Below are positions 63,080-64,000 of a stretch of DNA of 64,000 nucleotides, piece by piece; position 1 is the first letter of the stretch; the number at the start of each line of letters is the position of its first letter. The stretch lies in the NCBI GenBank assembly GCA_030390025.1, contig JASTWF010000070.1:1116001-1180000 (forward strand), written 5' to 3'. The notes under the pieces are model-generated. The model was given only the letters and a program-made list of their open reading frames with translations, searched no databases and was not told the origin of the DNA. The position numbers and the translations under genes are program-made. The DNA is from Squalus acanthias (Eukaryota).

Positions 63080-64000
63080 GGGGGGAATTTTCCTGGGGTT
63101 CAGCGGCGGGATCGGTAGCGGGTCAGGAGGGAAAATATTGTTTTACACTGTTTGGGATTCCGCTGTCAACCCGCCACCACGCGCCTTTACCAAATGTCGG
63201 GTCTGTCAGCGCTAAACAGACCCGACACGTGGCGGCGGGGGAGGCAATTCAGGTCATTATCACCTTGTTAACAGAGCAGTAACAAGAATTTTGAGCTCAC
63301 CTTTAGAACTTACCAGCTCGCCAACGGGCTCCACGCTGCTGGGGCATCACGTCTGTTAAGCTGGGCGGGAGTTGAATCGCCATTTCATTACTTGACATCT
63401 GGAAATGTGCTAGAAAAGCTCCCATCTCACAGCTGTTCACTTTCCAAACTCAAAAGCTGTTGCTTACTGCATTTGGAAGAGAGATTGAGCTTTAAGCAGT
63501 TTTCAAGTGTTTGGAGCAAACTCGTTCATAGTATGTCTAATTATTACGTACGCAAGCAGGGTTAATATGTAAGCTCGTGTCACTTCATTGCAACAACCTC
63601 TTTCACCCATGACAGATTCCTTCTCTCATCTCAAGTTCACCTGCTATCTAATCTATCAGCATGGGTAAGGTTTATACTCTCCCACCTTGGTCCTCATAAT
63701 CTGAGCACGATCAGCAGCAACATCAGCATCACCAGGCACACCTGCAGCACCAACAACAACACCAACCTTCTGCGCCATCACCTGATGCTGCACCGGACAG
63801 AGGGAATCAGCACCCAACCACATTGCTGTCCGGGGCTCCAGCGATGGCCTCACTGTGGCCAGATTTACTTCACTTGACGCTCCACACCTATATGGCTGCC
63901 ACATGATGCGCCAGGTTGGCACCACCCCAAACCAACAATGTAAAGCATCCCTACAATGCCCAAGCCATTCATTTTTCACTCATCAACATTGCAGGGGTGG
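63080..64000 (-). mobile_element. PIF/Harbinger-like element copy, runs off window
   Basis: TTA|ggggggaattttcc start; colinear with 49225 onward. Confidence 0.65.

Larger units (their letters stand above)
9420..64000 (-). repeat. Tandem segmental array of ~13-15 kb IgL-bearing units (4 complete, 5th partial)
   Basis: C-exon stops at 11458, 24439, 39541, 53409 (spacing 12981, 15102, 13868); colinear intergenic blocks (e.g. aaacagccacgtg at ~9.44, 22.46, 37.53, 51.40 kb); homology starts abruptly at ~9420. Confidence 0.95.

Overview
Repeat-rich vertebrate DNA from a cartilaginous fish (shark-type CR1/L2 LINEs, DeuSINE, Harbinger-like elements; the species cannot be fixed from sequence alone). 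From ~9.42 kb to the window end is a head-to-tail tandem array of 13-15 kb units on the minus strand. Each unit carries one immunoglobulin light-chain minigene of the type I / sigma-cart (NS5-like) class: octamer promoter, 49-nt leader exon, a 354-nt exon in which V and J are already fused in frame with no RSS, a 2.6-3.7 kb intron, a 329-nt C exon and AATAAA. Three copies are intact. The terminal copy is a pseudogene with two stops, a frameshift, an intronic deletion and an upstream insertion. All four share one 8-residue CDR3 junction, implying a single germ-line V-J joining followed by amplification, and CDR1/CDR2 are divergent and unusually acidic. A fifth unit runs off the right edge. Other signals: a candidate J-C intronic enhancer (NF-kB site plus octamer-like motif) lost only in the pseudogene; a ZNF143/CCAAT-type second promoter with a splice donor upstream of each gene; and, left of the array, a broken non-IgL V-set gene whose V exon was inverted with a 40-bp inverted duplication. 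All coordinates and counts were read by hand.
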